A stretch of DNA of 64,000 bases from Octopus vulgaris (Eukaryota). The notes below the pieces were generated by a model that saw nothing but the letters and a program-made list of their open reading frames with translations, did no database searches and had not been told where the DNA came from. Below, piece after piece: positions 44,577-59,371 of this stretch. Both the position numbers and the translations under genes were made by a program. The stretch spans positions 52,018,001 to 52,082,000 of the forward strand of contig OX597819.1 of assembly GCA_951406725.2 (NCBI GenBank). The letters are read 5' to 3'. Within the stretch, counting starts at the first letter, position 1; each line of letters begins with the position of its first letter.

Positions 44577-44761
44577 TATCACATAAGGCTAGAGATGGGG
44601 CAATGACCTCCCTTGGAAATGCTATAAGGGCACAGGCTGTGTGTCGATAGCCAACTGGAAAAGATGCTTTCCTGGGGCTATAACAACAGTAACACCGTCC
44701 TATATAAGACTGCCATGCTCTGTTGGCATATAAACATTACTATATATATATATATATACAC

Positions 44762-44792
<31 letters not shown>

Positions 44793-44814
44793 CATACATA
44801 CATACATACATACA

Positions 44815-44849
<35 letters not shown>

Positions 44850-46500
44850 GACGGGCTTCTTTCAGTTTCCGTTTACCAAAATCGACTCACGAGGCTTTGG
44901 TCAACACATGGCTGTAGCAGAAGACGCGGTGAGATTGTACCAGAAACCTTATGGTTGTGAAGCAAACTTATTACCACATAGCTACGCCTGCGATAAGGTT
45001 GTCATTTGCAATATCTGTATTCATAAATTATGTTAATATCTTTGTTCTCATCATTTGTCATATTCCTGGTTAATAAAACATGTTAATACTTGCCATTAGG
45101 TTTTCATTTGCGATATCTTTATTCAATGAATTAAGTTAATATGTTAAGATATTATTTGTCGTATCGCCATTTAACACAAGTTAATATTCATCCTTGGGTT
45201 CATATCATTGCTTTAAAAAATTGTTAATATCTAACTGTGAATTTATTTAAGTATAGATAAGCTTAACTAATTATTGAGAAATAGATTTTGTGCAATTATT
45301 GTTGTTGGGTTCTTTTTTTTTTTTTTCGAAGGAAAGTGAGAGCTGAGCAAATAGGAAATAAAAAAAAACTGAACCTTTCAAATGAGAGGTGTCAAAAGCC
45401 TGTGACGAACGTGTTTAAAAAGGATAGTTAATTAGTGATGAAAGAATTAATCGATTAAAGGATACGAGAGATATGTTTAACGAAGAATAAAATCCTGAAG
45501 AAAGAAAGAAAGAAAGAAAGAAAAAAGAGTAGTCAGGGATACACAAATGAAAAAAAGAAAGGGACGGAGAGACTAAAGGAGGATGTGCAAATAGTCAAGA
45601 ATGAAGAGTTAAGCAAACAGGAAGCAGGGTCAAAATAAACAAGTGTTTAGTTTTCTCGTTTCAGCTGTTATATCTGAACAACTAATCAATCAGTTCTGTT
45701 TAAGATGGCAGCCATACAATCTTTGAGTCTTGTTTCTGTTATTTACATGCTTTATCTCCCGATTTCTCGCCATTGCTCTCACGGTATACACAAACACACA
45801 CATACACACGTACACACACAAACATACACGCACGCGCATATACACATACACACATACACTCAAAACACACACACACACACACACACACAAACAGCCCCAC
45901 TCTCTCTCATACACACACAAACACACACACAAACACACTCACTCACGTACAAACACATTCACATACCCTCACTCACAAACTCAAACACACACACACAAAA
46001 CTCACTCACACACACATGCAATCACACTCATTCACACACATAGACACTCACGCGCATAAACACACACGCACTCACACACAAATACACACTCACATACACA
46101 TACACTAACTCCCACTCAAACACTCACTCACACACAAACATACTCACACACACATATTCAAACACACTCACAAACATACTCTCAAACACACACACACACT
46201 CACTCTCACACACAGAAACACACACGCACACAGAAACACACTCACTTACGCACACATCACACTCACACACACTCAAACACACACACTCAAACACACACAC
46301 ACACACACGCACAAACAAAACCCTCACACACAATACACTCACTCACACACAAAACACTCACTCATACACACACACAAACACATTCATTGACACACACAGA
46401 CACTCACTCGCACAAACACACACTCACGCACTAATTCCCACTCAAACACACTCACTCACACACACTCACACACACATACTCAAACACACTCACTCACAGC

Positions 46501-46547
<47 letters not shown>

Positions 46548-46886
46548 TACACACATACTAGTAAACACACTCACAAATACAATCACACACATTTTATTTC
46601 GTTTTTCTGCATGTAACAGTTTTCAAGCCATTGGATATGCTGGAGCACCGCCTTAAGCAATTTTATCGATGACGGCAAAACAAGCAGAAATTTCGAAGTC
46701 ACTATCAAACTTCCCCGTAAAAATTATCAAGTATGCACTCTTCCTAAAAGTATAAGACCCTCCAGTTTAGTGTTAAATTGTTTATATATATGACTTGGCA
46801 TAAAAACATTGATGTGTCTGAAAGTGAGTCAGAGATAGTGTGTGTGTGTGTATTTTGCTAGTGTGTATGTGTGTGTCTGTGTGTGA

Positions 46887-46944
<58 letters not shown>

Positions 46945-46954
46945 GTGTGTGGGG

Positions 46955-47210
46955 AGGGATCGCGGGTTTGAATCTCAGACCGGGCGATGTGTGAGTTTAT
47001 GAGCGAAACACCTAAGCTCCACGCGGGTCTGGCAGAAGGTAATGGCGAACTTCTGCTGACTCTTTCACCACAACTTTCTCTCATTCTTTCCTCCTACATC
47101 TTGCGGCTCACCTGCGACGGACCGGCGTCCCGTCCAGGCGGGGAAACTATACGCTAAGGAAACCGGGTAACCGGCCCTTATGAGCCAGGCGTGGCTCGAG
47201 AAGGAACAAA
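46955..47210 (+). mobile_element. SINE family C (5'-truncated)
   Basis: Matches 2660-2912. Confidence 0.85.
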
Positions 47211-47829
47211 CATGTGTGTGCGTGTGGGACGGTTGTGTATATGGGTGCGCATGTATGTGTGCATGTGTATGTGTGTGTCTGCATGTGTGTGTGTGTAGGG
47301 GGTTTGTGTGGGTGCGTGTGTGAGTGTATGAGCGTGCGCGCATATATATGTGATATATTTGTGTAGGCTCTCAGCTAAAAAGACAAAGATCACAATTAAT
47401 GAGATCCCCTAGATCAGAGGTTCTCAAAGTTACATAATACCCTCAGCGCCCCCACCCCTATTTTTAAATATAGAACTGATGTTGGTGTGTTTACGTCCCG
47501 TAACTTAGCGGTTCGGCAATAGGGGAAGGTAGTATTAGTTGTAGGCTTACAAAGAATAAGTCCCGAGGTAGATTCGTTCGACTAAATGCGGTGCTTCAGC
47601 ACGGCCGCAGGTCAAATAACTGAAATAAGTCAAAAAAATTTTTTAAATAAAAGTCAACGTGGTGCTGTTGAGTTAGACATGGCCTGTGCCTATACTGGCC
47701 GAAACCTATTAAAGTTAACTATTTAGGTCGATGTCATCGATTTTCGCATTGTTATGAACTGATGGCCTTGAAATGATTACTTCTGATGAAATTAGGACTT
47801 GTTTAGGGAGGAAGCAGTTGTATGGAGAT

Positions 47830-48057
47830 CACTATTGTAAAGGAAAGGCGCTTACACTTTGCGGGGTATTACTGGCGACCTAAACAAGAGCTGGTAAGTG
47901 ACTTACTGCTACGGATGCCAAAGCATGGCCGTAGTATGCAGATCAACTCATCAGAGACACCTGATGCCTCCCCGAAGACCTCTGTCAATTAATGCAGGGC
48001 CGAGACGAATAGCGTGAGTGGGTTATTATTGTCCGAGCAAGCTTGACCAGATGATGA
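47830..48057 (+). pseudogene. RTE-clade LINE 3' end remnant
   Basis: IVKERRLHFAGYYWRPKQELVSDLLLRMPKHG...DQLIRDT...LMQGRDE*REWV, ending GATGATGA. Resembles the RRLRFAGH..GRP..DR..WR C-terminus of RTE proteins. Confidence 0.7.
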
Positions 48058-48850
48058 ATAGAAAGAAAGATACATTATGATCTGCTTATATGTTTGAACA
48101 AAGTTTATATACCATCTGTGAGATCAAATGCGTTTGGCATCAACTTTGTTTGCTATGTATAAACAGCAATTGTTTCTGCTATATACAAGCATATATTCTG
48201 TCCGCGTAGACGCTTGAAGGTGGTGTTACAGCATGGCCGCAGTCTAGTAACTGAAACCAGTGAAATAAATAAAAGAATATACACAGTATACACGACTTTC
48301 AAACGTGAAGCAATACTCCCACATTCATTTGAATATGTGTATATATATATATATATATAATATATTACACACATATAAGTACATATACATATACACCGAT
48401 TATTAGAGAGTTCGTGGTTATAGCATCAGTGGCAGTAATGATAATTATCTCCCTTATCTACATCTGAACTCTTTTTGTTGAGAGGCTTAAACATATTTGC
48501 ATTTGGATTTGAAGAGCTTTGCCTAGAATTTCTTTATTTTCATCTGCCTGCACCAGTTCTGAACAATATTGGGTTTGTGCTTATTGATAATGACGCCAGA
48601 AAATTTGTTGCGGTTGTTGTTGTTGTTGTAACAGTTGTTATTGTTGTTGCTGTGGCGGTGGTGGTGGCGGCGGCGGTTGTGATGGCAGCGGTGGTTTTGC
48701 TTGTATTTGATTATACTGCTGTAGCTACCGTTGCCATTGTTAAGAGCCGATGTGCTGTCAAGAATGAACCCAACTTTTAATATTTGCATTCTTGGTCTAA
48801 GCAAATATGCAAGCATATGTGAAAAGCACATATGAATACATGTGTGTATG

Positions 48851-48890
<40 letters not shown>

Positions 48891-49100
48891 CACGCACGTA
48901 AACACACACACACAGCTGTTACACCTAAACTAACTTAATGGACACGGAAATACGCGAATACACGAACAAACAGCAGAGTTCACGCAGCCATATTTCTCAT
49001 ATAAATACGTGCATATATAAATACATAAATTCATACATAGTTAATATTAGACTTATTACACATCAGTACGCGCACACACGCACACACATACACACACACA

Positions 49101-49140
<40 letters not shown>

Positions 49141-49466
49141 AACACGCGCGCACAAATGTAAATATACATGTCTGCGTGTATTTGCGTATTCCTGTGCGCA
49201 AATACACAATTTCGTACACAATACCAAACGCAACTTAATAGAGAGATATACAGCCATGCTGCCGGCACAGACAGATGTATATACGTAAACACATACACAC
49301 ACACACATATAAACTCCCTCTCCTTCTCTTTCTCCTTCACCCACGCACACATAAGTTATATGAATGTACATATGTATGTAAATATATGCACTGCCACGTG
49401 TTTAAATTAATATACATATACATATATGCATATTATATATGTATGTGTTATATGTGTGTATATATC

Positions 49467-49514
<48 letters not shown>

Positions 49515-50425
49515 CATACACTCATACATACATACATATATGTTTGTATGCATGTATGTATGTATGTGTGCGTGAAAAGAAATTGTATATCATTGTACGA
49601 ACGACCACGGTCTAAGCTTTGTGAATATGTAATCGGACAGAAACTTTAAAACCGTGAACAATGGAACTTTTCAAATAAGCCAAAAAAATTTCCTCCATTT
49701 TTTTTTTCTTTTCTTTTCTCTGTTTTGATCATAAAAGTATCCTTATAAGCTAACTCAATGAAATATGCAACATGGCCACCATGGCAAAATTTAAACAGGT
49801 TTACGATTTGAAATAAGGTGTTTGTAGACAGTCCGCTAGTAGAAGAACATCAAGCCTCCAATTAACATATGTTGGGCAAACTTATTTAAGTTTCCGAATC
49901 ATATACCAGGGACACCCTTGTAAACTATATTCTAGGTCCCTACTTGAATGTCTTTTGATTATGTGAACTCTCACTCTGAACTGACCTGGGATTAAGCAGC
50001 TACTGTTACTGAGTCGACGTTGAACCGACCATCAAAACGATATGATACGATTTTGCCGAAGATTTCAAAGAAATCACGTTGGCATCTCATCTATCTTCTT
50101 TTCTATATTTTACTTGCTTCAGTTATTGAATTGCGGTCATGCTGGTGCATCGACTTGAAGAGTTTAGTCGAAGGAATCGACCCAAGTACTTCAGTTTTTT
50201 TAATGTCTGATACTTATTCTATCGACCTCTTTTGTCGAACCGTTAAGTTACGGGTACGTATACAAACTTACACCGGTTGTCATAACTTTATCGGGAAAGA
50301 ATATAGTTAAGTCAATCACGCTGAGTAGCAGGTGCTTATTTTCACAATCCTAGACGGACGGAATTCAAGGTAGATTCTAACAGGATTTGAACGTAGAATG
50401 TAAGTTGTTGTAAGTAATGTATTGT

Positions 50426-50636
50426 AGACGCAGCTGTGGTTGTGTGGTAAGAAGTTTGCTTCCCAACCACGTGGCTCCGGGTTCAGTCCCACTGCGTAGC
50501 AGCTTGGGCGAATGTTATCTACTATGGCTTCGGAAAGTTCAAAACCTTGTGAGTGGATTTGGTAGACGGAAACTGAAAGACGCCCGTCGTATGTGTGTAT
50601 GCGTGTATATGTGTGTGTATGTGTGCGTTAGTGTGA

Positions 50637-50689
<53 letters not shown>

Positions 50690-50915
50690 CGTGTGTTTGT
50701 CCTTGTGTCTGTGTCTGTCCCGCCCACCACCACTTGACAACCGGTATTGGTATATTTACGTTCTCGCAACCGAGCGGTTCGACAAAACAACCCGATAGAA
50801 TAAGTACCAGGTTTTAAAAGATACGTATGTACAGAGGTCGGTTCACTCGACTAAAACTTTTTCAAGGCGGTGCCCAAGCATGGTCGCAGTCTAATGAGCA
50901 AAACCAGCAAAAGTA
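50426..50915 (+). mobile_element. SINE family A
   Basis: Head, body, (GT)n and tail. Confidence 0.85.
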
Positions 50916-51412
50916 ACGTAACTAAATAGAGAAACGCATTTCATGTGGTAGTCTCTCACTTCTGAATCTCTTCTTCGCCACCTCAAAATCTATCTTATCT
51001 CTCCTCACCAACATTTTGGAAGGAGAAGAAGGACTGTTATAGACTCAACTGAAATATATTACTGTTTACATTTAAGTTATCCTCGCGCCTTCTTGAATTG
51101 AAAAAAAAAAAAACAAGTGAAGTCGACTCTGGCGGGATTTGAACACGGAAACATAAGGTAAGCAAGTAAATAACAACGTGACACATTGAAACAGACACTC
51201 CAATCTACCGCACTACAAGAGCAACTAGAAGAAGAAAGAAATATAGGCAAAACATCTCATAACACGTCAATTTTCATGTGGTTCCAGTAGACAAGGGATA
51301 TAGCTATACGAATACTAAAGAATGTATGAACTTGTGACGTGTGTACGTGCATATACACACACGCACACACACACACACACACACATATATATAAGTATAT
51401 ATATATATATAA

Positions 51413-51472
<60 letters not shown>

Positions 51473-51585
51473 GTGTGTGTGTATATATGGATATACATAT
51501 ATATGTATATACAAACTGATTCTATCTATCTAGCTCTCAATATATATTATATATGTATATATATATGTGTATGTGTGTGTGTGTT

Positions 51586-51630
<45 letters not shown>

Positions 51631-51646
51631 ATGTATGTATGTATAC

Positions 51647-51727
<81 letters not shown>

Positions 51728-51752
51728 CAGATAGATAGATACATAGATAGAC

Positions 51753-51844
<92 letters not shown>

Positions 51845-52729
51845 GCGTAGATAGATATTATACACCTAGATACCTAGCTGGCTATTTATCTATCTGCGGA
51901 GCTGCTGTCTATGTCAGCTTTAACGCGGAGATAGTTTTGATTGGAGCACCAGATAAGGTCAAGAGATTTTAGTCTCGTTAGAGTAATTACTCTGACTGGA
52001 CACTGCCTTTTCAGATAATTTTCCTTTTGTTTTCTAAGAATTCTTACGATGAATATGATGTCGGCTATGTGATATGAATAAATTTTGTTTAAGTGGTGGC
52101 AACAAATACAGCGGAAAAGCAAATTGTACTCTTGGTGCATCGTATACATACATAGATTCATACATATACATACAGATATGTATATATATACATATATGTT
52201 TATATATATACATACACACACACACACACAACACACACACACACACATATATATATATATTTATATATATACATACATACATACATACATACATACATAC
52301 ATACATACATACATACATACATACATACAAACACACAAACACACATATATATATACATATAAAGATACAGACACAAATATATATACACATACACGCACAA
52401 TCACATACGCACATACAAACACATGTATATATATATATGTATAAACAGAGCCAGAGAAGGAATGTAGTTGAAGACACTTAGTTAATACGAAGTCAGATGT
52501 ACAGACGGTGACATAGATATTCATATTTACGTGCTTATGTATAAATATATACTAAATGTGTATGTATGTATGTATGTATGTATGCATGCATTCATACATA
52601 CATACATACATATATATGTGTGTGTATATATATATATATATATATACATATATATACATATATATATATATACATATATATGTATATATATATATACATA
52701 TATATATATATACATATATATATATACAC

Positions 52730-52822
<93 letters not shown>

Positions 52823-52861
52823 GCGAGTGTACATGTACATGCATGCGAGAATGTACGTATG

Positions 52862-52913
<52 letters not shown>

Positions 52914-53094
52914 GGTTTTGTGATGGAAACAGGAAAAAGAGAACCAGAAATCTGAAGATATATATATATATATATATATATTTAAGATTTAGTAGAAGCA
53001 ACAGTGTAACTCAAGGGCCGAGAGTTTGATAAGTACAACGCACGAAACTCGCCATTCCTTCTGCTAAATGCTAAAAGATATATACATTCTTGTA

Positions 53095-53284
53095 TTCCTT
53101 TATTCTTTTACTAGTTTCAGTCATTAGACTACGGCCATGCTAGAACACCGCCTTTAGTCGAGCAAATCGACCTCAGGACTTATTCTGTCGGTCATTTTGC
53201 CAAACCGCTAAGTTACGGGACGTAAACACACCTGCATCGGTTGTTAAGGGGACAAGTAGACACATATATACATACATACATACA

Positions 53285-53357
<73 letters not shown>

Positions 53358-53520
53358 GACGGGTTTCTTTCAGTTTCCGTCTACCAAATCCACTCACGAG
53401 GCTTTGGTCGGCCCGAGGCTATAGTAGAAGACACTTACCCAAGGTGCCACGCAGTGGGACTGAACCCGGAACCATGTGGCTGGTAAGCAAGCAACTTACC
53501 ATACAGCCACTCCTGAGCCT
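53095..53520 (-). mobile_element. SINE family A, full length
   Basis: Tail at 53095, head ending CAGCCACTCCTGAGCC at ~53519. Confidence 0.9.
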
Positions 53521-54456
53521 ATATATATAAATTTGATATAAATATAGATTATTGATATGTGTGTGTATGTATGTATGTATGTATGTATGTATGTATGTAT
53601 GTATGTATGTATGTATGTATGTATGTGTGTGTGTGTATATGTATGTATGTATGTATGTATGTATATAGATATATATTTATTCATCTGTGTATGTGTGTGT
53701 ACATTACATGTGCGAATGTGTTTGTATCCACATTTTCAAAGGAAATAATGAATAATGGTTGCCACACACAAAAGAAATATATACACAACAATAGTGGTCA
53801 GGATATTTAACAGAAAGCGTGAATCTTGATTGACAACGCCCCAATTTAAAAGATTCTACGAAAACTTTTCAAATTTTAAAACCAGAGAAAAAAATATCGT
53901 TGAAAAGAACGCTTTGTGTCTTTTCATATTTTCGCTTAACACGCAGTCATCGCTTCACGCCATGGAAAATGCATGAACCAGACGTTACACGATAAATTCA
54001 ATCCACGAAATTGAAATGAAAGGTTGCTGTAATTATAGAAAGAGAAATATCACTCTGATAGACTGATGTTGTTATTGTAATTGTTGTCACCGCTGCTGCT
54101 GTTTTGATTTGAGTAACCAGCAAGTTTGTCTGTAATAAAAGTTTTAAAACTTTGAAATAATACGAGCCATTGTAGTAGCAGAAGGAATATCTTGCCGGCT
54201 CTAGAAGAAGCGGGAGGTGCAGAGCTTGAAACCAATATAAGATAGATAGTGGCAAGCCTTCGCTATTGACCTACTATCTGAAGGACTTTGTTGTTTGGGT
54301 CGAGACCGCCTTTACACCACCTGATGATATTTTGTCCAATTGGAAAGCTATAGTCGTAAGTTAGCGACTGAATCTTGAAGACGTGTTCAATAGTGAATAA
54401 CACAGGCACATATATGAACATACACACATATGTATGTACATACATACATACATACA

Positions 54457-54558
<102 letters not shown>

Positions 54559-54640
54559 GGTCCCGGGTTGAGTCGGGGTTAACCACAGTAAATAAGGTAC
54601 TCAATACATCGCAGAGTAAATTAATTTATTATATAGAAGG

Positions 54641-54691
54641 AGCTTCTACAGGACTAGAACTGTTTCATTCAAAAGAAATCATCAGGAAGCT
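54641..54691 (-). ncRNA. Type I hammerhead ribozyme (family H4), inverted-pLTR copy
   Basis: Same sequence as 59232-59282 on the opposite strand. Confidence 0.8.
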
Positions 54692-55112
54692 AGTAGACAA
54701 GAGTTGTTTTGGCATTTATACATTTAGGCAGGTTTAAATGGGTGGTGGTGGGGGACTTTTTTGGGGGTAGGCATGGCGCAAAACTGTCATTATCAGGGGA
54801 GTGGTCAAAGGAATCGGTGGTAAAGTAGATAAAAGAATAAATAAAAGAATAAAAAAATAGAAAAATAGAGTTTTAGGTAAGTAGGGAGACTCTCACTTGT
54901 ACATCTACATATATATATATATACACATATATACACCCACATATTCACATATATCTATACATATACATACATACCCACATATACATACATATATATATAT
55001 ACATACATACACATACATATACATATACATACATATACATATATATACACATACCCATGTACGTACACACAGATACACATATACATACATATACATACAT
55101 ATATGTATACCC

Positions 55113-56526
55113 CGGATTTACCTGACAAAAGCAACACCCGATTCCTACAATTAGATATCGAAGACTACTACGCCTCCATATCGGAGAGCTTGCTGATCGA
55201 CGCGATTAACTTCGCTAGGAGGTCCTCCACCATCACCGAGGCTGAGCAAGATGTGATCCTCCACGCACGTAAGACTTTTCTTTTCCACGACGGATCCCAC
55301 TGGATCAACAAAAAATCTGTGACCCTCTTCGACGTCAGCATGGGTGCTAGCGAATCGGCTGAAATAAGTGACCTTGTGGGCCTTTTCATCCTCCATAAGC
55401 TGAAGACCCTATTCACAGGCCTCTCCGGTGGTCTTTACCGCGATGATGGCCTTTTTGCCCTCCGCAAAATAAACCCCAGGACCACGGATGGGTTCCGGAA
55501 AAATCTTTACACTTTTTAAAAACTTAGGCCTTAGGATTACCTTAGAATCCAACTTAACCAAAGCTAACTTCCTTGACGTTACCCTCGACTTAAAAACCTC
55601 ACTTTATTACCCGTACCACAAACCAAATGAATCCCTTAGATTAATTCCAACCACCCCAAAAATATATTAGACAACCTAGTAAAAAGTGTCTCAATTAGAA
55701 TATCTAGCCTGTCCGCTACTGAAGATATCTTTAATGCCGCAGCCCCCTATTACAACGAGGCCCTGGCCCGCAGTGGCTTTAAAGATAAGATCACCTATAC
55801 TAGTATAGCCCCACGCCAACCCAGGAAAAATAGGCGAAGACACATTAGCTGGTACAACCCCCCTTCAACCGTGAGGTCGCTACACCTGTAGCTAAAATCT
55901 TCTTCACTCTCCTACAGAAACACTTCCCCACCCAACATAAGTACTATACTATCCTAAATAAGAACACCATTAGACTCTCCTACTCTACCACGCCCAATCT
56001 AGCCAGGAACCTAGCCAACAACAACGTGAAAAAACTTAATATATCTACTCTTTCCGAGGCCCATCCAACATCCGATAGCAATTGCAACTGCCCTGATAAA
56101 ACCACCTGCCCCCTCAACAACAACTGCCTACAGAGGGACCTCGTATATACATGCGAGGTACGATCAGGCCCCGATGATAAAAGAAAATCGTACATCGGAA
56201 TGACGTCAAACAGCATTAAGACCTGTTGGTACGCCCACACACACTCGTTCCGGCGACCTGATAAATCCAACCAAACTACCCTCGCCGCCCACATCTGGTA
56301 CCTTAAAAGGAACTCCATCCCCTTCAAGACCAAGTGGAGACTACTACAGAAGGCGCGTTCGTACACAGGAGGCCATACATGCTGTGACCTTTGCATTTCC
56401 GAGAGCCTAGAGATCTTGTTCGCCAAAGGCCATCTCCTCAACAAGATCTCAGAACACTCCCCAAATTGCATGCATAAAATTTATGCAAACTACAAGAACT
56501 ATAGACCCACCCGGCAACCCGATTGA
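55113..56526 (+). pseudogene. PLE reverse transcriptase plus GIY-YIG endonuclease (5'-truncated, about 3 frameshifts)
   Basis: FLQLDIEDYYASI, MGASESAE, GLYRDDGL / FLDVTLDL / SNHP..WYNPP / SYS..CNCPDKTTCPLNNNC..LVY..SYIGMT..CDLCISE..CMH. Frameshifts near 55515, 55640 and 55862. Confidence 0.93.
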
Positions 56527-56970
56527 CGACACCCCACCCACAAAAACCCCCCAACCCCACCGTTCCCCCAGCACCCCCGATTAACTTTCCTCCTAAGACT
56601 ATTCACAGATTGTATATGTACACCTGTATATATGTATTGTATATATGTATAGAAATGAATATGCATAGAAATGAATAGGTGTTAGTAGGAATATACGCAT
56701 GTATGTGAGTGCGTGTATATGTATGTGTATGTACATGTGTATGTGTGTATGTGTGTGGTTTTTTATATTTTATATGTTTATATATATATATGTATGTATA
56801 TATGTATGTATGTATATATATATGTATGTATATATATATGTATGTATGTATGTATGTGTATGTGTATGTATGTGTATGTATGTATGTGTATGTATATATG
56901 TGTATATATATGTGTGTATGTATGTGTATGTATGTGTGTATGTGTATATATATGTGTGTGTATATATATG

Positions 56971-57012
<42 letters not shown>

Positions 57013-57013
<1 letters not shown>

Positions 57014-57513
57014 ACGCTCGTGTGTTTATGTATATGTAAGTATGTAGAGTTGTGTGTATGTGCATGTATGTATGTATATATACATATGTGTAGATGGGTA
57101 TATACGTGTATGCTTATATGTATGTTTCCGTCTGTACAAAGGGTAACTGCATGTGTATATATATCTATTATTTATTATTCATTATTTATTACATGAGTAT
57201 GCGTTTGTATGCATGTATGTATTTATGTATATAAAGGCGCGTGAGTGTGTGTATGTGTATGCATTTGTATAAACATATGTATACATTTATGCATGTATGT
57301 GCTTGTATGTATATATATGTATATATATGTATGTATGTGTGTGTATATGTATGTATATATGCACACATATATGTATGTGTATATGTATGTGTGTATGTGT
57401 ATGTGTATATGTATATGTATATATATGTATGTGTAGTGTATATATAGATATATATATGTATATATATGTGTATGTATGTGTATGTATGTGTATATATACA
57501 TGTGTATATATAC

Positions 57514-57569
<56 letters not shown>

Positions 57570-57853
57570 ACGCTCGTGTGTTTATGTATATGTAGAGTTA
57601 TGTGTATGTGCATGTATGTATGTATATATACATATGTGTAGATAGGTATATACGTGTATGCTTATATGTATGTTTCCGTCCGTACAAAGGGTAACTGCAT
57701 GTGTATATATATCTATTATTTATTATTCATTATTTATTACATGAGTATGTGTTTGTATGCATGTATGTATTTATGTATATAAGGAGGCGCGTGAGTGTGT
57801 GTATGTGTATGCATTTGTATAAACATATGTATACATTTATGCATGTATGTGCT

Positions 57854-57896
<43 letters not shown>

Positions 57897-57904
57897 ATAT
57901 ATAC

Positions 57905-57936
<32 letters not shown>

Positions 57937-58062
57937 GTATATATATATATGTGTGTGTATGTGTATGTGTATATATATATGTGTAAATGTGTGTGTAAAT
58001 GTATATATATATATATGTGTGTGTATGTGTGTGTATATGTGTATGTGTGTATATGTATATAG

Positions 58063-58142
<80 letters not shown>

Positions 58143-58280
58143 GCTTGTGTGTTTATGTATATGTAGGTATGTAGAGTTATGTGTGTATGTATGTATGTAT
58201 ATATACATGTGTAAATAGGTATATATGGGTATGTTTATATGTATGTATCCGTTTGTATAATGGGTAACTGCACGTATATA

Positions 58281-58312
<32 letters not shown>

Positions 58313-58450
58313 TGAGTATGCACGTATGTATATATGTACATGCCTGTATGCATGTATGTATTTATGAACATAAGGAGGCGCGTGTGTATGTGGATGTGTA
58401 TGCATATGTATAGACATATGTATACATTTATGCATGTATGTACTTATGTG
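57013..58450 (+). repeat. Three ~560-bp tandem units in the PLE-2 3' region
   Basis: Unit start TACGCT(C/T)GTGTGTTTATG at ~57013, ~57569 and ~58140, each containing GGGTAACTGCA and AGGCGCGTG. Confidence 0.85.
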
Positions 58451-58496
58451 TATATATAGATGCGCGTGTGTGTGTGTGTGTATGTGTACGCATATA

Positions 58497-58551
<55 letters not shown>

Positions 58552-59231
58552 ATGTGTATATATGAATGAATGTATATGTGTATGTATATGTATATGTATA
58601 TATGTGTGTATATATATTAATTAGTGTATATGTATGGACTAGTCTTCTGTGGGTGTGTTGAGGTATGTATGTGTATGCGTGTATGTGAATATACGTGAAT
58701 GTATGTAGATGTCTGCGTGTATGAATATAACACGTGCGTGTGCGTATGTGTGTGTGTGTGTATGTGTGTGCATGTATATGCATTTGTATATATATGTGCG
58801 AGTGGGTATACATATATGTATGTATATGTATGTATATGTGTATCTGTGTGTACGTACATGGGTATGTGTATATATATGTATATGTAAGTATATGTATATG
58901 TATATGTATGTGTATGTATGTATATATATATGTATGTATATGTGGGTATGTATGTATATGTATAGATATATGTGAATATGTGGGTGTATATATGTGTATA
59001 TATATATATATATATGTAGATGTACAAGTGAGAGTCTCCCTACTTACCTAAAACTCTATTTTTCTATTTTTTTATTCTTTTATTTATTCTTTTATCTACT
59101 TTACCACCGATTCCTTTGACCACTCCCCTAATAATGACAGTTTTGCGCCATGCCTACCCCCAAAAAGTCCCCCACTACCACCCATTTAAACCTGCCTAAA
59201 TGTATAAATGCCAAAACAACTCCTGTCTACT

Positions 59232-59282
59232 AGCTTCCTGATGATTTCTTTTGAATGAAACAGTTCTAGTCCTGTAGAAGCT
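59232..59282 (+). ncRNA. Type I hammerhead ribozyme (family H4)
   Basis: AGCUUC-CUGAUGA-UUUC(UUUU)GAAU-GAAA-CAG(UUCUAGUC)CUG-UA-GAAGCU. GUA site; AATAAA 10 nt downstream. Confidence 0.82.
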
Positions 59283-59293
59283 CCTTCTATATA

Positions 59294-59358
<65 letters not shown>

Positions 59359-59371
59359 AGTGTGTGTGTGT

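Larger units (their letters stand above)
41455..44992 (-). mobile_element. SINE family A split by nested insertions in its internal microsatellite
   Basis: The tail half at 41455-41680 and the head half at 44848-44992 are in the same orientation. A PLE and an HHR element lie between them. Confidence 0.7.

Noticed and set aside
44610-44650. SECIS-like AUGA...AAA hairpin downstream of the H3 ribozyme
   Set aside because: It lacks the 3' GA quartet, and the hairpin is not conserved in the 60655-60810 copy.
54315-54362. CTGATGA...GAAAGCTATAGTC hammerhead-like motif
   Set aside because: Helices I and II barely pair and helix III has a G-G mismatch; at best it is a decayed copy.
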